Assembly (NCBI GenBank): GCA_035524675.1 | Contig: DATKOK010000147.1 | Location: 351-64,350, forward strand | DNA: 64,000 nt | Direction of reading: 5' to 3' | Source of the DNA: Candidatus Methylomirabilota bacterium | GTDB taxonomy: Archaea > Thermoproteota > Bathyarchaeia > 40CM-2-53-6 | In this document: piece by piece, positions 8,754 to 18,274 of the stretch | Layout of the letters: each line of letters starts with the position of its first letter | Numbering within the stretch: the first letter of the stretch is position 1 | The notes under the pieces: generated by a model | Told to the model about the DNA's origin: nothing | What the model saw: only the letters and a program-made list of their open reading frames with translations | Database searches by the model: none | Translations under genes and position numbers: made by a program

Positions 8754-9451
8754 AGGTGGCTTCGTTATTCAGCGGAGGTAAGGACAGTGCTTTTGCCACT
8801 TGGTGGGCTCAAATGCAAGGTTGGGACGTAGCAGAATTAGTCACAGTTCTTCCTGAATCGACCGAGTCATGGATGTTTCATTATCCTGCAACAGAATGGA
8901 CCCGGCTGCAGGCCGATGCTATGGAGATTCCGCTGACCGTGATCAGAACCAAGGGGACTAAGGAGAAGGAGTTGGATGATCTTGCTGAGGGTCTTCGAGC
9001 AATAACAAAGAAGGCTGGATTAGAAGGCATTGTTTCTGGAGCTGTGGCAAGCGAATATCAGCGAACTCGATTGGATAATGTGTCCGAGGAGCTCGGTTTG
9101 AGAAGTTTTGCTCCATTATGGCATAAGAATCAGCAGCAGCTTGTGGAGGAACAGATCGAGTCGGGATTTGAGATCATGATGACTGCGTGTAATGCTCTGG
9201 GACTGAGTAAGGAATGGTTAGGGCGAAGGCTTGATATAACTAATTTTCCGGAACTCCTCCGGCTTAGTAAGAAGTACGGTTTCAGTATAGCATTCGAAGG
9301 TGGCGAGGCTGAAACATTCGTCCTGAATGGCCCGATGTTCAATGGCAAGATTAGAGTGGACCAGTCGATTCCGCATTGGAAGAACGAGTCAGGTTACTTG
9401 GAACTAGGACGATTGAGTCTAATACGCGAGGCAGTCACCTTACCAGCCTAG
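8750..9451 (+). CDS. PP-loop ATP pyrophosphatase, diphthine-ammonia ligase (Dph6/MJ0570)-like
   Basis: N-terminal SLFSGGKDS PP-loop, SGAVASEYQRTR and PLW motifs of the Diphthami_syn_2 family. 4-nt overlap with lig. Confidence 0.75.
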   Translation: MKVASLFSGGKDSAFATWWAQMQGWDVAELVTVLPESTESWMFHYPATEWTRLQADAMEIPLTVIRTKGTKEKELDDLAEGLRAITKKAGLEGIVSGAVASEYQRTRLDNVSEELGLRSFAPLWHKNQQQLVEEQIESGFEIMMTACNALGLSKEWLGRRLDITNFPELLRLSKKYGFSIAFEGGEAETFVLNGPMFNGKIRVDQSIPHWKNESGYLELGRLSLIREAVTLPA

Positions 9452-10742
9452 CTGCTATTTCTTGAGTTTTCGCGCATATCGCCGTCAAGTCTATTGAAGC
9501 TAGAGTTCTCTTTTCCATTAACACGCGTCCATCGACGATAGTTGTATCCACGTTCCCTGACGAAGCTGAGTATACGAGATCTGAGATCACTGTTTCCTTG
9601 CTATGTAGTGGCCTCATGTTTGGAGCGTTGGCGTCGAGTAGAACAATATCTGCCCTCTTGCCCGTTTCGATACTCCCTATCTCACGGTCTACGCCTAGGG
9701 CCCTTGCGCCTCCAATAGTCGCCAGGTCGAGCGTCTGTTGAGCTTGCAGTACGGTTGGGTCCCATCGATGGGCCTTGTGAACTAACGCGCATATTTTCAT
9801 CGTCTCGAACATGTCGAGGCTATTATTGCTAGCTGCCCCGTCTGTGCCTAATGCCACTGGAATTCCCGAGTCGAACATCTCCGGCAACGGAGCTACGCCA
9901 CCGCTGGCGAGTTTCATATTTGAAACAGGACAATGAGCGACCTTCACCTCGGATTTTGCCAACAACTTCACCTCAGATTTTGTCAGCCATACACAATGGG
10001 CGGCAAGCATGTTCTTAGAGAGCGCTCCAATCTTGTCCAGGTACTCCACGACGCGCATCCCATGCTGCTTCTGGGAATCAGCCTGTTCACGACGAGTTTC
10101 GGCCACGTGAATGTGAATCGGTGTGTTATTCCTTTCAGCAAATTCCTTTGTCCATTGAAGCAGTTCGGCTGAGCAGGTGTAAGGCGCATGAGGACCAATG
10201 ACGAATCTTATTCTTGGGTTGCCAAGTTGAGTCACATAATCGTAGAATTTCTGAACGTTAGCCCGTTCCAACTTTGATTTTTCCGCATCGAAGAGATCTA
10301 TTAGTCCATAGGCTAAGAAGCCGCGTAGTCCAGACTCAGCCACGCCCCTCGCAACGGCCTCCATGTGGAAGTACATGTCGACGAAGCTCGTAGTTCCTGA
10401 CTTGATCATCTCTGCAGCGCCCAGAAGTGCGCCAAAGTAGCAGTCGTCATCGGTAAGTTTCGCTTCAAGCGGCCAGATCTTGTTCGCAAGCCAATCTTGG
10501 AGTCGCATGTCATCTGCGTAACCGCGAAACAGGGTCATGGAGAGATGTGTGTGCGCATTTATCAGTCCAGGGAGAGCAATCTTCCCAGAGCCGTCGATCA
10601 CTTTGTGAACGTTCCGAGCGTTTACGTTCCCCACTTGGCTGATGGCACCATCTTCAAGAAGGATCGAACCGTTATGCAGGACCTCCCTACTCGCGTTCTG
10701 GGTTACGATCCATTCACAATTCTTGATCAGTACCGAAGGCAA
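9435..10742 (-). CDS. mtaD: Amidohydrolase, 5-methylthioadenosine/S-adenosylhomocysteine deaminase-like
   Basis: LPGLINAHTHLSMTLFRGYADDMRLQDWL, HVAET and GTDGAASNN motifs. Divergent from ahcY. Confidence 0.8.
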   Translation of the reverse strand: MPSVLIKNCEWIVTQNASREVLHNGSILLEDGAISQVGNVNARNVHKVIDGSGKIALPGLINAHTHLSMTLFRGYADDMRLQDWLANKIWPLEAKLTDDDCYFGALLGAAEMIKSGTTSFVDMYFHMEAVARGVAESGLRGFLAYGLIDLFDAEKSKLERANVQKFYDYVTQLGNPRIRFVIGPHAPYTCSAELLQWTKEFAERNNTPIHIHVAETRREQADSQKQHGMRVVEYLDKIGALSKNMLAAHCVWLTKSEVKLLAKSEVKVAHCPVSNMKLASGGVAPLPEMFDSGIPVALGTDGAASNNSLDMFETMKICALVHKAHRWDPTVLQAQQTLDLATIGGARALGVDREIGSIETGKRADIVLLDANAPNMRPLHSKETVISDLVYSASSGNVDTTIVDGRVLMEKRTLASIDLTAICAKTQEIAARLVR

Positions 10743-10854
10743 GAGTCTATCGTATCATGCATCTCCGAGTGAGGTTAAAAGTCGATTCCTCTCCGATTAT
10801 CATAATTGTTTAATCCGCATACTCTCTTTGGATGCGAAGAATCTGGGATTGAGA

Positions 10855-12096
10855 ATGAGTCGAGTCAAAGATCCATCTCTGGCGCCGCAAGGACAATTGA
10901 AGATTGATTGGGCGAGGAGTCACATGCCCGTCCTCGCAAAGATTCGCTCAAGATTCGAGAAGGAACAGCCATTCAAGGATTTGACAATTGGCATGTGTAT
11001 GCATCTGGAGATGAAGACAGCTGTATTAGGCCAAGCTCTTCAAGCTGGGGGAGCGATAATTGCAATAACGGGCAGCAATCCGCTATCCACGCAGGATGAT
11101 GTTGCAGCCGCATTAGCCTCGTCTGGACCAAAAGTGTACGCGTGGAAGGGTGTCACTGAAGCTGAGCATCAGAGGAACCTAACCAGTGTTCTTGCGCACA
11201 GGCCTGATATTCTGATCGATGACGGCGGCGAGCTGTCAGTGACCGTGCACACTACTATGACTGACCTGAAGAGCAAGATCCTTGGCGCATGCGAAGAGAC
11301 GACGACCGGCGTTCATCGTTATCGGGCTATGGAAAACGATAGAGTACTCGCATACCCGGTCCTGGCGGTCAATGACGCATTTACGAAGTACCTGTTTGAC
11401 AGTCAGCATGGAACTGGACAATCTGCACTCGAAGGTATCATGAGAGCCACGAACATGCTTATTGCGGGAAAGACTGTTGTAGTCTGTGGTTTTGGCTGGG
11501 TTGGACGTGGAATCGCGCTCAGATCAAAGGGACTCGGCGCGAACGTCGTAGTTACTGAAGTGGATCCAGTCAGAGCTCTCGAGGCAGCAATGGAGGGATA
11601 TCGCGTAATGAGCATGAACTCCGCATCTGAGGTTGGTGACATATTCGTAACTGCCACTGGGTGCAAAGGTATCATACGTCGAGAGCATTTCGAGAACATG
11701 AAGGACGGGGCCATCTTGGCAAATTCGGGACATTATGATGTTGAGATTGATGTAAAGTCTCTTCGGGGAATGGCAAATTCTGTAAAGCTTGTACGTCAGA
11801 ACGTGGAAGAGTTCACGTTAAGCGGCGGAAAGCACCTCCATCTCTTAGCAGAGGGGAGACTCGTCAATTTGGCGGCCGCAGACGGACACCCGGCAGAGGT
11901 TATGGATATGAGTTTCGCTAATCAAGCCCTCGCTGCTGAATACTTGGTAAGAAAGAAAGGACGCCTTGAACGGAAGGTCTACAGGATGCCGCTGGAAATT
12001 GATCGTGAGGTTGCATCACTCTGGCTTGAATCGCATCGGATTGCGATCGATTCGCTAGATGATGATCAGCAGCGTTATCTTGCCTCATGGCGCTAA
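10855..12096 (+). CDS. ahcY: S-adenosyl-L-homocysteine hydrolase
   Basis: MSRVKDPSLAPQGQLKIDWA..., ETTTGV, and NAD site VVCGFGWVGRG. Start moved to ATG 10855; the upstream part of the ORF overlaps mtaD and has no homology pattern. Confidence 0.93.
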   Translation: MSRVKDPSLAPQGQLKIDWARSHMPVLAKIRSRFEKEQPFKDLTIGMCMHLEMKTAVLGQALQAGGAIIAITGSNPLSTQDDVAAALASSGPKVYAWKGVTEAEHQRNLTSVLAHRPDILIDDGGELSVTVHTTMTDLKSKILGACEETTTGVHRYRAMENDRVLAYPVLAVNDAFTKYLFDSQHGTGQSALEGIMRATNMLIAGKTVVVCGFGWVGRGIALRSKGLGANVVVTEVDPVRALEAAMEGYRVMSMNSASEVGDIFVTATGCKGIIRREHFENMKDGAILANSGHYDVEIDVKSLRGMANSVKLVRQNVEEFTLSGGKHLHLLAEGRLVNLAAADGHPAEVMDMSFANQALAAEYLVRKKGRLERKVYRMPLEIDREVASLWLESHRIAIDSLDDDQQRYLASWR

Positions 12097-12126
12097 TCGT
12101 CGACGAAAGGGTTGCTACAATGATCC

Positions 12127-12936
12127 TTATAGTCCCAGGTTTTTCGTTGGCCAGTTGATTTCAGGCATTTGGATTGGGACAGTCACCGTAGGTAGGGGAA
12201 CCCGGAAGTACACGTAAACGGCCAGGGCTAGACCTAGCATTGTACCTATAATAGTGACGTAATCGGCGATATGCATCTTCAACGTAACTATCGAGGTCCG
12301 ATGCTCTGTGGCACCAAAGGCCCGTGATTCTAGGGCTTCCGCAAGTTCCACGCTCCTTCGTATAGCGGAGATGATTAGCGGGATTAGGATTGGAATGTAA
12401 TTTCGTACTCTTTTCATAAAGTTGCCTTTGTCGAGTTCAAGCCCTCTCGAGCGCTGAGCATCAACAACAGTCTGAGCTTCATCGGCCATTGTCGGGACTA
12501 GTCTCACGGCAGTGGTGAACGTGAATGAAATAGAGTAAGGGACATGAATTTGGTCCAACGCGAGACCTAGGTCGTCAGCTGAAGTTGTCATGAAGAAGAA
12601 CGAAAACGCGGACATGACTGCGAAGAGACGCAGGGCGAAGGCGACCGCGAGTATGAAGGGCACGCGGAATATGAAGTTCATAACGAAGATGAGGATGCCA
12701 ACTGGCACACCTGCTTTCATGGATCTAAGCCACCGTCGACCGGTTTTGGAGATCAATATGAGGGGGATTTGGAATAGGAAAATGGTAGCTATGGCGAAGA
12801 TGTTCGTGAACATGAGAGCGCTTGTGAAGAGCCCTATGGTTAGGACGAATTTTGATCGTGGGTCCAACTTGTGAATAGGGCTATCTATCTTGGTGAATTT
12901 GAATCCTTCAACGAATCGGAGAGACATTGTTATCAC
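12127..12936 (-). CDS. ecfT: ECF transporter transmembrane (T) component, EcfT/CbiQ family
   Basis: 269-aa polytopic membrane ORF with the ARSRG-type coupling helix (AQRSRGLELD), directly downstream of two ECF ATPase genes. Confidence 0.8.
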   Translation of the reverse strand: MITMSLRFVEGFKFTKIDSPIHKLDPRSKFVLTIGLFTSALMFTNIFAIATIFLFQIPLILISKTGRRWLRSMKAGVPVGILIFVMNFIFRVPFILAVAFALRLFAVMSAFSFFFMTTSADDLGLALDQIHVPYSISFTFTTAVRLVPTMADEAQTVVDAQRSRGLELDKGNFMKRVRNYIPILIPLIISAIRRSVELAEALESRAFGATEHRTSIVTLKMHIADYVTIIGTMLGLALAVYVYFRVPLPTVTVPIQMPEINWPTKNLGL

Positions 12937-12937
12937 C

Positions 12938-13777
12938 CTAATTTTTCGGCGTCTGGATTTGCATTTTTAGTCTAGGAATGAGAAAATCTCGGGCCTCGTA
13001 AGCATCTATAATGTCTGGTGGCTTTCCCGATATTGGTAGCTGGTGGATTAATTCAGCTATTTGCGGTCTTACAAGAGACGCCCTTGCAAGTGTTTCATCA
13101 CTTGTTAGAATCTTGGATGCCGAGTCGTCGGCAATTATCGTGCCCTTTGAAAGGAGAACTATGCGAGGTTTGCATTCGGCTACGAACTCAACGTCGTGGG
13201 TGACGATTACGACGGTCTTACCCTGCGAAATCAACTGCACAATGAAGTTTCTCAGACGATCCTTCTGAAGGTAGTCCTGCCCAATTGTCGGCTCGTCCAT
13301 AATGATGTGCTTCGGATCCCATACCAGAATCGCCGCTAGCGCTACGCGCTTCCGCTCGCCGCCGCTCAAGATGAAAGGGGAGGAATCACGGTACTTCTCA
13401 AGGTCAAGAGCGTTGGATATGTTTGTGACTCTTCGTTTGATGACTTCCTCGTCGAAGCCGAAATTTCGCAATGAGAAGCTGAGTTCTTCGGAAACTGTCT
13501 CTGCGAACAATTGGTGGTCGGGGTTCTGGAAGATTAACCCGACATCGCGGGATAATTGGGCCACTGACTTTTCTGTTGTGTTTACGCCGTCTATGCAAAC
13601 GGCTCCTTCACGTGGCTTCAGTAGTCCGTTGAACATCTTGACGAGAGTTGTCTTGCCAGCACCATTTTCACCCATGATTGCAACGAATTCACCGTTTTGA
13701 ATTTGGAGATTCACGTTGGTTAGAACGTCTGATGATGTGCCGGTATATCGATAGCTCACGTTATTGACAGAGATCAT
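12938..13777 (-). CDS. ecfA: ECF transporter ATPase component
   Basis: Walker A GENGAGKTT, signature LSGGERKR, Walker B IIMDEPT. Confidence 0.85.
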   Translation of the reverse strand: MISVNNVSYRYTGTSSDVLTNVNLQIQNGEFVAIMGENGAGKTTLVKMFNGLLKPREGAVCIDGVNTTEKSVAQLSRDVGLIFQNPDHQLFAETVSEELSFSLRNFGFDEEVIKRRVTNISNALDLEKYRDSSPFILSGGERKRVALAAILVWDPKHIIMDEPTIGQDYLQKDRLRNFIVQLISQGKTVVIVTHDVEFVAECKPRIVLLSKGTIIADDSASKILTSDETLARASLVRPQIAELIHQLPISGKPPDIIDAYEARDFLIPRLKMQIQTPKN

Positions 13778-14616
13778 TGTTGGAAGACCTTTCTCAACTC
13801 CGCTGACGCCTGTTCGACTGTTATGGGATTTGTCACTAGTGGGAATCCTTCGCGTCTTAACATGTGGAATAGCGTCGTGACTTTTGGTAAGCCGATCCCG
13901 ATTAGACGTGCCTTGTCGCCATATACTTCGGAGGGGGATCCGTCGAGGACAACTTTTCCTCCATCCATTACTATGACGCGGTTAGCATAACGGGATACTA
14001 TGTCCAGTCGGTGCTCGACTAATATTGTGGTTAGTCTGTATTCTCGGTTCAGTTGCGCTATTACTCCTACGATGTCTTCGGCGGATTTGGGGTCGAGGAA
14101 GGATGTTGGTTCGTCGAGGACAATTATGTTAGGTTTCATTGCCAGCACGCCAGCAATGGCTGCACGTTGTTGTTGGCCGCCTGAGAGTTCATATGGTGCT
14201 TTATTTCGCAAATTTTCGATTCCCGTGGATTTCATTGCCCATCTCACTCTGGCCACTGCCTCCTCTTTCGGGACTCCTAGATTTTCTAGACCGAATGCTA
14301 CGTCACGCTCGACTGAGAGTGAGAAAAGTTGATTCTCAGGATTCTGGAAAACGAATCCGATGTGTTTTGAAAGTTCAGCGGTTGACTTGTCGGATACGTT
14401 TACCTCATCTACAATGAGGTCTCCCTGAAATTCACCAGAATAGAAATTTGGAATGAGTCCGTTCAAGCATCTGCAAAAAGTCGTTTTGCCGCATCCGCTT
14501 GGTCCGGTGAGTATTACAAATTCGCCCTTCTCAATTGAAAGTGAGACATTCTGCATCGACGGCGCGTTGGCTCCTGCGTACGTGAAAGTCAGGTTACGAG
14601 CCGATATTGCTGGCAT
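13774..14616 (-). CDS. ecfA: ECF transporter ATPase component (second copy)
   Basis: Walker A GPSGCGKTT, signature LSGGQQQR, Walker B IVLDEPT. 4-nt overlap with the next gene. Confidence 0.85.
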   Translation of the reverse strand: MPAISARNLTFTYAGANAPSMQNVSLSIEKGEFVILTGPSGCGKTTFCRCLNGLIPNFYSGEFQGDLIVDEVNVSDKSTAELSKHIGFVFQNPENQLFSLSVERDVAFGLENLGVPKEEAVARVRWAMKSTGIENLRNKAPYELSGGQQQRAAIAGVLAMKPNIIVLDEPTSFLDPKSAEDIVGVIAQLNREYRLTTILVEHRLDIVSRYANRVIVMDGGKVVLDGSPSEVYGDKARLIGIGLPKVTTLFHMLRREGFPLVTNPITVEQASAELRKVFQQ

Positions 14617-14639
14617 CGATAATTGGCCCCGCTAATAGG

Positions 14640-15695
14640 TTACCTGACGACCTGTGGTTGGGGTGAATCGACGGCGCTAATCTTGTTCTGGTTTTCGGAT
14701 TTTGCTTTATGATCCAGAATTTCGCGTATAATTCGAATTGAGCGTTTCAATGCATCGCTTGGTTCTCCTTTTACGTTCGCTCCTGCTGCTGTGGCATGGC
14801 CTCCGCCCATACCACCCATCTGTCGGCCTATTTCGCTTGCTACGTCAGTCCCAAGATGCAAGCCCGATTCTTGAACGAATTCTCGAGTGCACCGAAAACT
14901 TACGGTTAGGTCCTCGTTTCGCTTTCCAGCCACGATCGCTACGTGTGCTCCCAAAGCGATGAGTCCTCGTGCAGCGGAAGCATGGTAAGAACCGACAAAC
15001 GATGTTGCGATTAACCAACGGTTAATTCTCTCAAATCTTAGCCTCTGGGCTGTCTTGACTCGGGCGATGCGTTCGGATTCATCCATAACTTGTCTAATTA
15101 AGCCAACCGCTACTTCCGGATCGGCCCCCATTCTGATTAGATTGTAGGCAGCTGCATACGTTTTCCGGGTGCCAATCGCTAGATGACCGGTTTCGACCAG
15201 TATGCCAATTAGAAGTGCCTGTGCGACTCGCCTGTTCGGTTTAATGTGCATCTTAGTAAGCATTGCAAGGATAATCTCGCAGGTTGATGTGGCATTTTCA
15301 TCACATATGATCAGCGTCGTCGATCTTGAATTTTCACTATGCGGCGCATGATGATCTATCATCACGATGGGCTGTGTGGCGTTCTGAACAGCTTCGCGGA
15401 GTTCACCCAATTGCTGTAAGGTATTCGTGTCGACGGTTACGATAAGCCTGAAATCCTCAAGATTGGGGGACTCAACGATCGATAATGGGACGACGCTGGA
15501 AAGTATCTGTTTGGAGAGTTTGCTAACGCCTCCGGGTGAAGCGAAGGATGATCGTATCTTGTGGTTGATGCTTTTGGCAAGGATTGAGAAAGCGTAGGCA
15601 GAGCAAACAGCGTCAGGATCGGAGTTCTGGTGTCCTAAGATTAGTAAGGTATCGGCTTGATGAAGCAACTTGACTAGCTTCGAGAATCCTCGCAA
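14640..15695 (-). CDS. DHH/DHHA1 family phosphoesterase (NrnA-like)
   Basis: LILGHQNSDPDAVCSA, DHH motif (MIDHHAP) and GGGHATAAG (DHHA1). Confidence 0.8.
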   Translation of the reverse strand: MRGFSKLVKLLHQADTLLILGHQNSDPDAVCSAYAFSILAKSINHKIRSSFASPGGVSKLSKQILSSVVPLSIVESPNLEDFRLIVTVDTNTLQQLGELREAVQNATQPIVMIDHHAPHSENSRSTTLIICDENATSTCEIILAMLTKMHIKPNRRVAQALLIGILVETGHLAIGTRKTYAAAYNLIRMGADPEVAVGLIRQVMDESERIARVKTAQRLRFERINRWLIATSFVGSYHASAARGLIALGAHVAIVAGKRNEDLTVSFRCTREFVQESGLHLGTDVASEIGRQMGGMGGGHATAAGANVKGEPSDALKRSIRIIREILDHKAKSENQNKISAVDSPQPQVVR

Positions 15696-15976
15696 AGCCT
15701 CAACTCTCTCACTTTCGCTTCGGCGGCCGAGAAGGCGGCTTCAGTTGCCTTATCGACCAAAGGTTGTAGATTCTCGTTACCAATTAAGAGTTCGACACCG
15801 ACTTCAACCGCTATGACCAATGGCTTGTCTCCAATGGCTTCCACGGTAACATCCAAGTCGCTTACTCGTTTTACAGGGATCTTAGAGAATAGGACTTGTC
15901 TTGCTGCTTCTTCTGCAGCTACACAGATCTCTTCCGTTTCATCTTCGGTTGGTTTCCGTCTTAACTCAATGTCCAT
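15674..15976 (-). CDS. Small conserved acidic protein of unknown function, co-transcribed with prefoldin beta
   Basis: 100-aa ORF overlapping the downstream DHH gene start by 22 nt. No motif I can name with certainty. Confidence 0.5.
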   Translation of the reverse strand: MDIELRRKPTEDETEEICVAAEEAARQVLFSKIPVKRVSDLDVTVEAIGDKPLVIAVEVGVELLIGNENLQPLVDKATEAAFSAAEAKVRELRLCEDSRS

Positions 15977-16014
15977 TGGGTCTCCCTTGCTTAGATGATG
16001 GTGATGAAGGAGGC

Positions 16015-16383
16015 CTACTGAGGAGGTTGCTTCGGTGCTTTCAATCTCTCCTGTAACTTCTCCTGAATCTCCTTTAACCGTTCTCTCGTCCTGTCTTCTT
16101 GCTTCCCCAAGACGGTAACACGTGTGGCCATCAATTCTTTTCTTTCCTTGAGTTCTGTAAGCAAGGTCTGCCTGTTTGACTTGACGAGTATGCTCCCGAC
16201 GCTCTTGTATACTGGGGTATCGTCCGTTGATTTCTCGAGTTCAGCAAGCGCCTTATCCGTTTCGCTGAGCTCTAGCTCCACTTGCTGTTTTTGGGTCGCA
16301 ACCGATTGCAGAGTTTGCTGAAGTTGCTGCAGTCGAAGGAGCTGCTCTTGAAGTTGTGGAGGTAATTCGACTTCTTCACCCAA
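16015..16383 (-). CDS. pfdB: Prefoldin beta subunit
   Basis: 122-aa coiled-coil/beta-hairpin/coiled-coil pattern (QLQEQLLRLQQLQQ...PVYKSVGSILVK...LKEIQEKLQ). Confidence 0.85.
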   Translation of the reverse strand: MGEEVELPPQLQEQLLRLQQLQQTLQSVATQKQQVELELSETDKALAELEKSTDDTPVYKSVGSILVKSNRQTLLTELKERKELMATRVTVLGKQEDRTRERLKEIQEKLQERLKAPKQPPQ

Positions 16384-16590
16384 TCTAGACGCCTCGGGAC
16401 TTGAGAATCTGCGTAGCCTTAAGAAGGCAGCTAATTAAGAGTTGTTGAGTTCTGAAGAGGGGCGTCGATCTGGAAACGCAACTTGCCAAGTTTAGCTGAC
16501 CTAGCTTCCAGTCGTAGGGTGGTTCAAGTATCCGATTGGACCTCGTACCTTAATCTACTACCTAAGCAACATCATTGGAGAGGCTTCGGA

Positions 16591-17694
16591 ATGCCTGAGT
16601 TCGTGAAGAAGGGCATCGAGTTTGATGATGAAGCGCGTGTCGGAGCTGGTTACCTAACCTACGCAAATGCAAAAGTGCCGCTTCCAAACAAGTTTGCGAC
16701 TACAACAGAACTCAACGCGACTCGACTCGTCGGATTGAAGCAGGATTTTCCTACAGAGATCATCGTTGCGGGTAAACTGATCTACCCTGAAACCCTAAAG
16801 CGCATTTTGAAAGAGGAAGATGCTCTGAAGGAGTTTGCTCGTCGCCTTGCTCGCGAGACCTCTAGCCACGAAGATGCGTTGAGCATGCTATTCTTTATCC
16901 TGAAGGGAGAGGCAGCGGTAGCGGAGTCAAGTGACCTTAAGACCGTTCTTGATCTCCAGTACTTTGCAGATTTGGATATTATCACTGTGCAGCAGAGCCC
17001 TGGCCTGCCGATGGATGATTTCTTATCTCACATTAGGTTCGCTGAGAGGTGGCTTGATAATCGAGGTATAGACAAGCCTCTGATGCCTGTGTTAGCTCCA
17101 TCGGATGACGATTTTGAGAAGACATTGAAGGCAGTTGTGAAACGGAAACCCAAGTTGCTAGGGTTTGACATGAGAGGCGGGTTCTACTATCAAGCGCTAC
17201 GATCCTTGGAAGTTGTCAAGGATAAAGATCCGGAGATCTGGCTGCACGTATTTCAGGTCCCTCCAAAGGTCAGGTTCGCCAGAAGCCTGTTAAGATGTTC
17301 GGAGGGAATGGTATTGCCATTCTTCGGTGTAGATAGCTACAACAGGTGGGTTGTGCCCCCGCCCCCTGTGCCTTTAACGAAAGACAAGATCAACATGTTC
17401 GATTCCACGAATTGGGGAGTGTTCAAGCGCAAGGAATGGGACAAGGAATATGGTGCAAAGCTGAGTTGCACTTGTCCGATGTGTAACAAGCATCAGCTAC
17501 CAACCTTCTTTTCTGGTGAAGTGCTAACAGTATTGGGAAGGAGCAAAGTTCATGACCATTATGCTCAACGGGAGCAGCTCTATGAGCTCGCAAAACGCGT
17601 AAAGTCAGGTAAGGTTAAGGGCTTCATCTCCAGAAAGCGGTATCCGAACGCATTCCTTAAGCAAGTATCAGATTCCGAACCGTCTAAAGCTTGA
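16591..17694 (+). CDS. Divergent TGT-fold (tRNA-guanine transglycosylase / DpdA-like) protein, function unknown
   Basis: C-terminal CTCPMCNKH...(about 25 aa)...VHDH fits the TGT zinc motif CxCxxC...H. FFGVDSYNR sits where TGT has G(V/I)DMFDC. Start taken as ATG 16591 after ggagagg. Confidence 0.45.
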   Translation: MPEFVKKGIEFDDEARVGAGYLTYANAKVPLPNKFATTTELNATRLVGLKQDFPTEIIVAGKLIYPETLKRILKEEDALKEFARRLARETSSHEDALSMLFFILKGEAAVAESSDLKTVLDLQYFADLDIITVQQSPGLPMDDFLSHIRFAERWLDNRGIDKPLMPVLAPSDDDFEKTLKAVVKRKPKLLGFDMRGGFYYQALRSLEVVKDKDPEIWLHVFQVPPKVRFARSLLRCSEGMVLPFFGVDSYNRWVVPPPPVPLTKDKINMFDSTNWGVFKRKEWDKEYGAKLSCTCPMCNKHQLPTFFSGEVLTVLGRSKVHDHYAQREQLYELAKRVKSGKVKGFISRKRYPNAFLKQVSDSEPSKA

Positions 17695-18271
17695 CTTCCG
17701 CCATTCGCGTCATTAGCGTTTTCAAATCAATTTCAGATTGGGTTCGCCATCCGAGAGATATTACGCCAGCGTCATCTTCTTCGAGGTAGCCCGTCCTCAG
17801 GAAAATGTCCACTAGGGTTATCGATTTCCATCTACCGAATTTGTTGGCTAGGAGTTTCTCGAGATCTTCTCGAGGAGCTTTTCCCTGCTTTGAGAGAAGG
17901 AACGCGACCACAGCAGCTAGTGCAGCAAGGTTGTCGATCCGCCATCCGATCATCTTTGCCTCTTTTAGGCCGAGTGTTCCTTTGAGTGTTATGTAATACC
18001 TACTCTCGTCAGTCGGTACTTCGTTCTGCGTAGCGTATGCAGGAGTGTGCTCCTTGACCTTTTTTATTTCAAGGTCAAGTTCGGAGAGGAGTTGATTGAG
18101 CTGCTCAAGGACTTGTTCATAGTTCTTACCTATTTTCTCCTTGAACTCCCATTCCTTCGCCCCAGGCATCTTTCCTCTGCGAAAGAGCAGTAGATGCATT
18201 GCTCGCTTCAGCTTGTCAGAGTAGAATGTTTGAGTTTGGGGTTGTGTTTGTGTTGTCTCTTTGCTTTCCAC
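17684..18271 (-). CDS. Tandem winged-helix (KITE) protein, Nse3/MAGE- or ScpB-like
   Basis: 195 aa. AMHLLLFRRGKMPGAKEWEFKEKIG and LAALAAVVAFLLSKQGKAPREDLEKLL...FLRTGYLEE follow the two-WH MAGE/KITE pattern. Last gene of the SMC-like operon. Confidence 0.55.
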   Translation of the reverse strand: MESKETTQTQPQTQTFYSDKLKRAMHLLLFRRGKMPGAKEWEFKEKIGKNYEQVLEQLNQLLSELDLEIKKVKEHTPAYATQNEVPTDESRYYITLKGTLGLKEAKMIGWRIDNLAALAAVVAFLLSKQGKAPREDLEKLLANKFGRWKSITLVDIFLRTGYLEEDDAGVISLGWRTQSEIDLKTLMTRMAEVKL

Positions 18272-18274
18272 TGC

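Noticed and set aside
10642-10854. N-terminal extensions offered by the ORF track (ahcY from 10642, pth2 to 38077, fen from 6032, PF04008-like gene from 46910, PIN gene from 50371, TGT-like gene from 16483)
   Set aside because: The extensions overlap neighbouring conserved genes or lack the family N-terminus. Internal starts reproduce the canonical N-termini.
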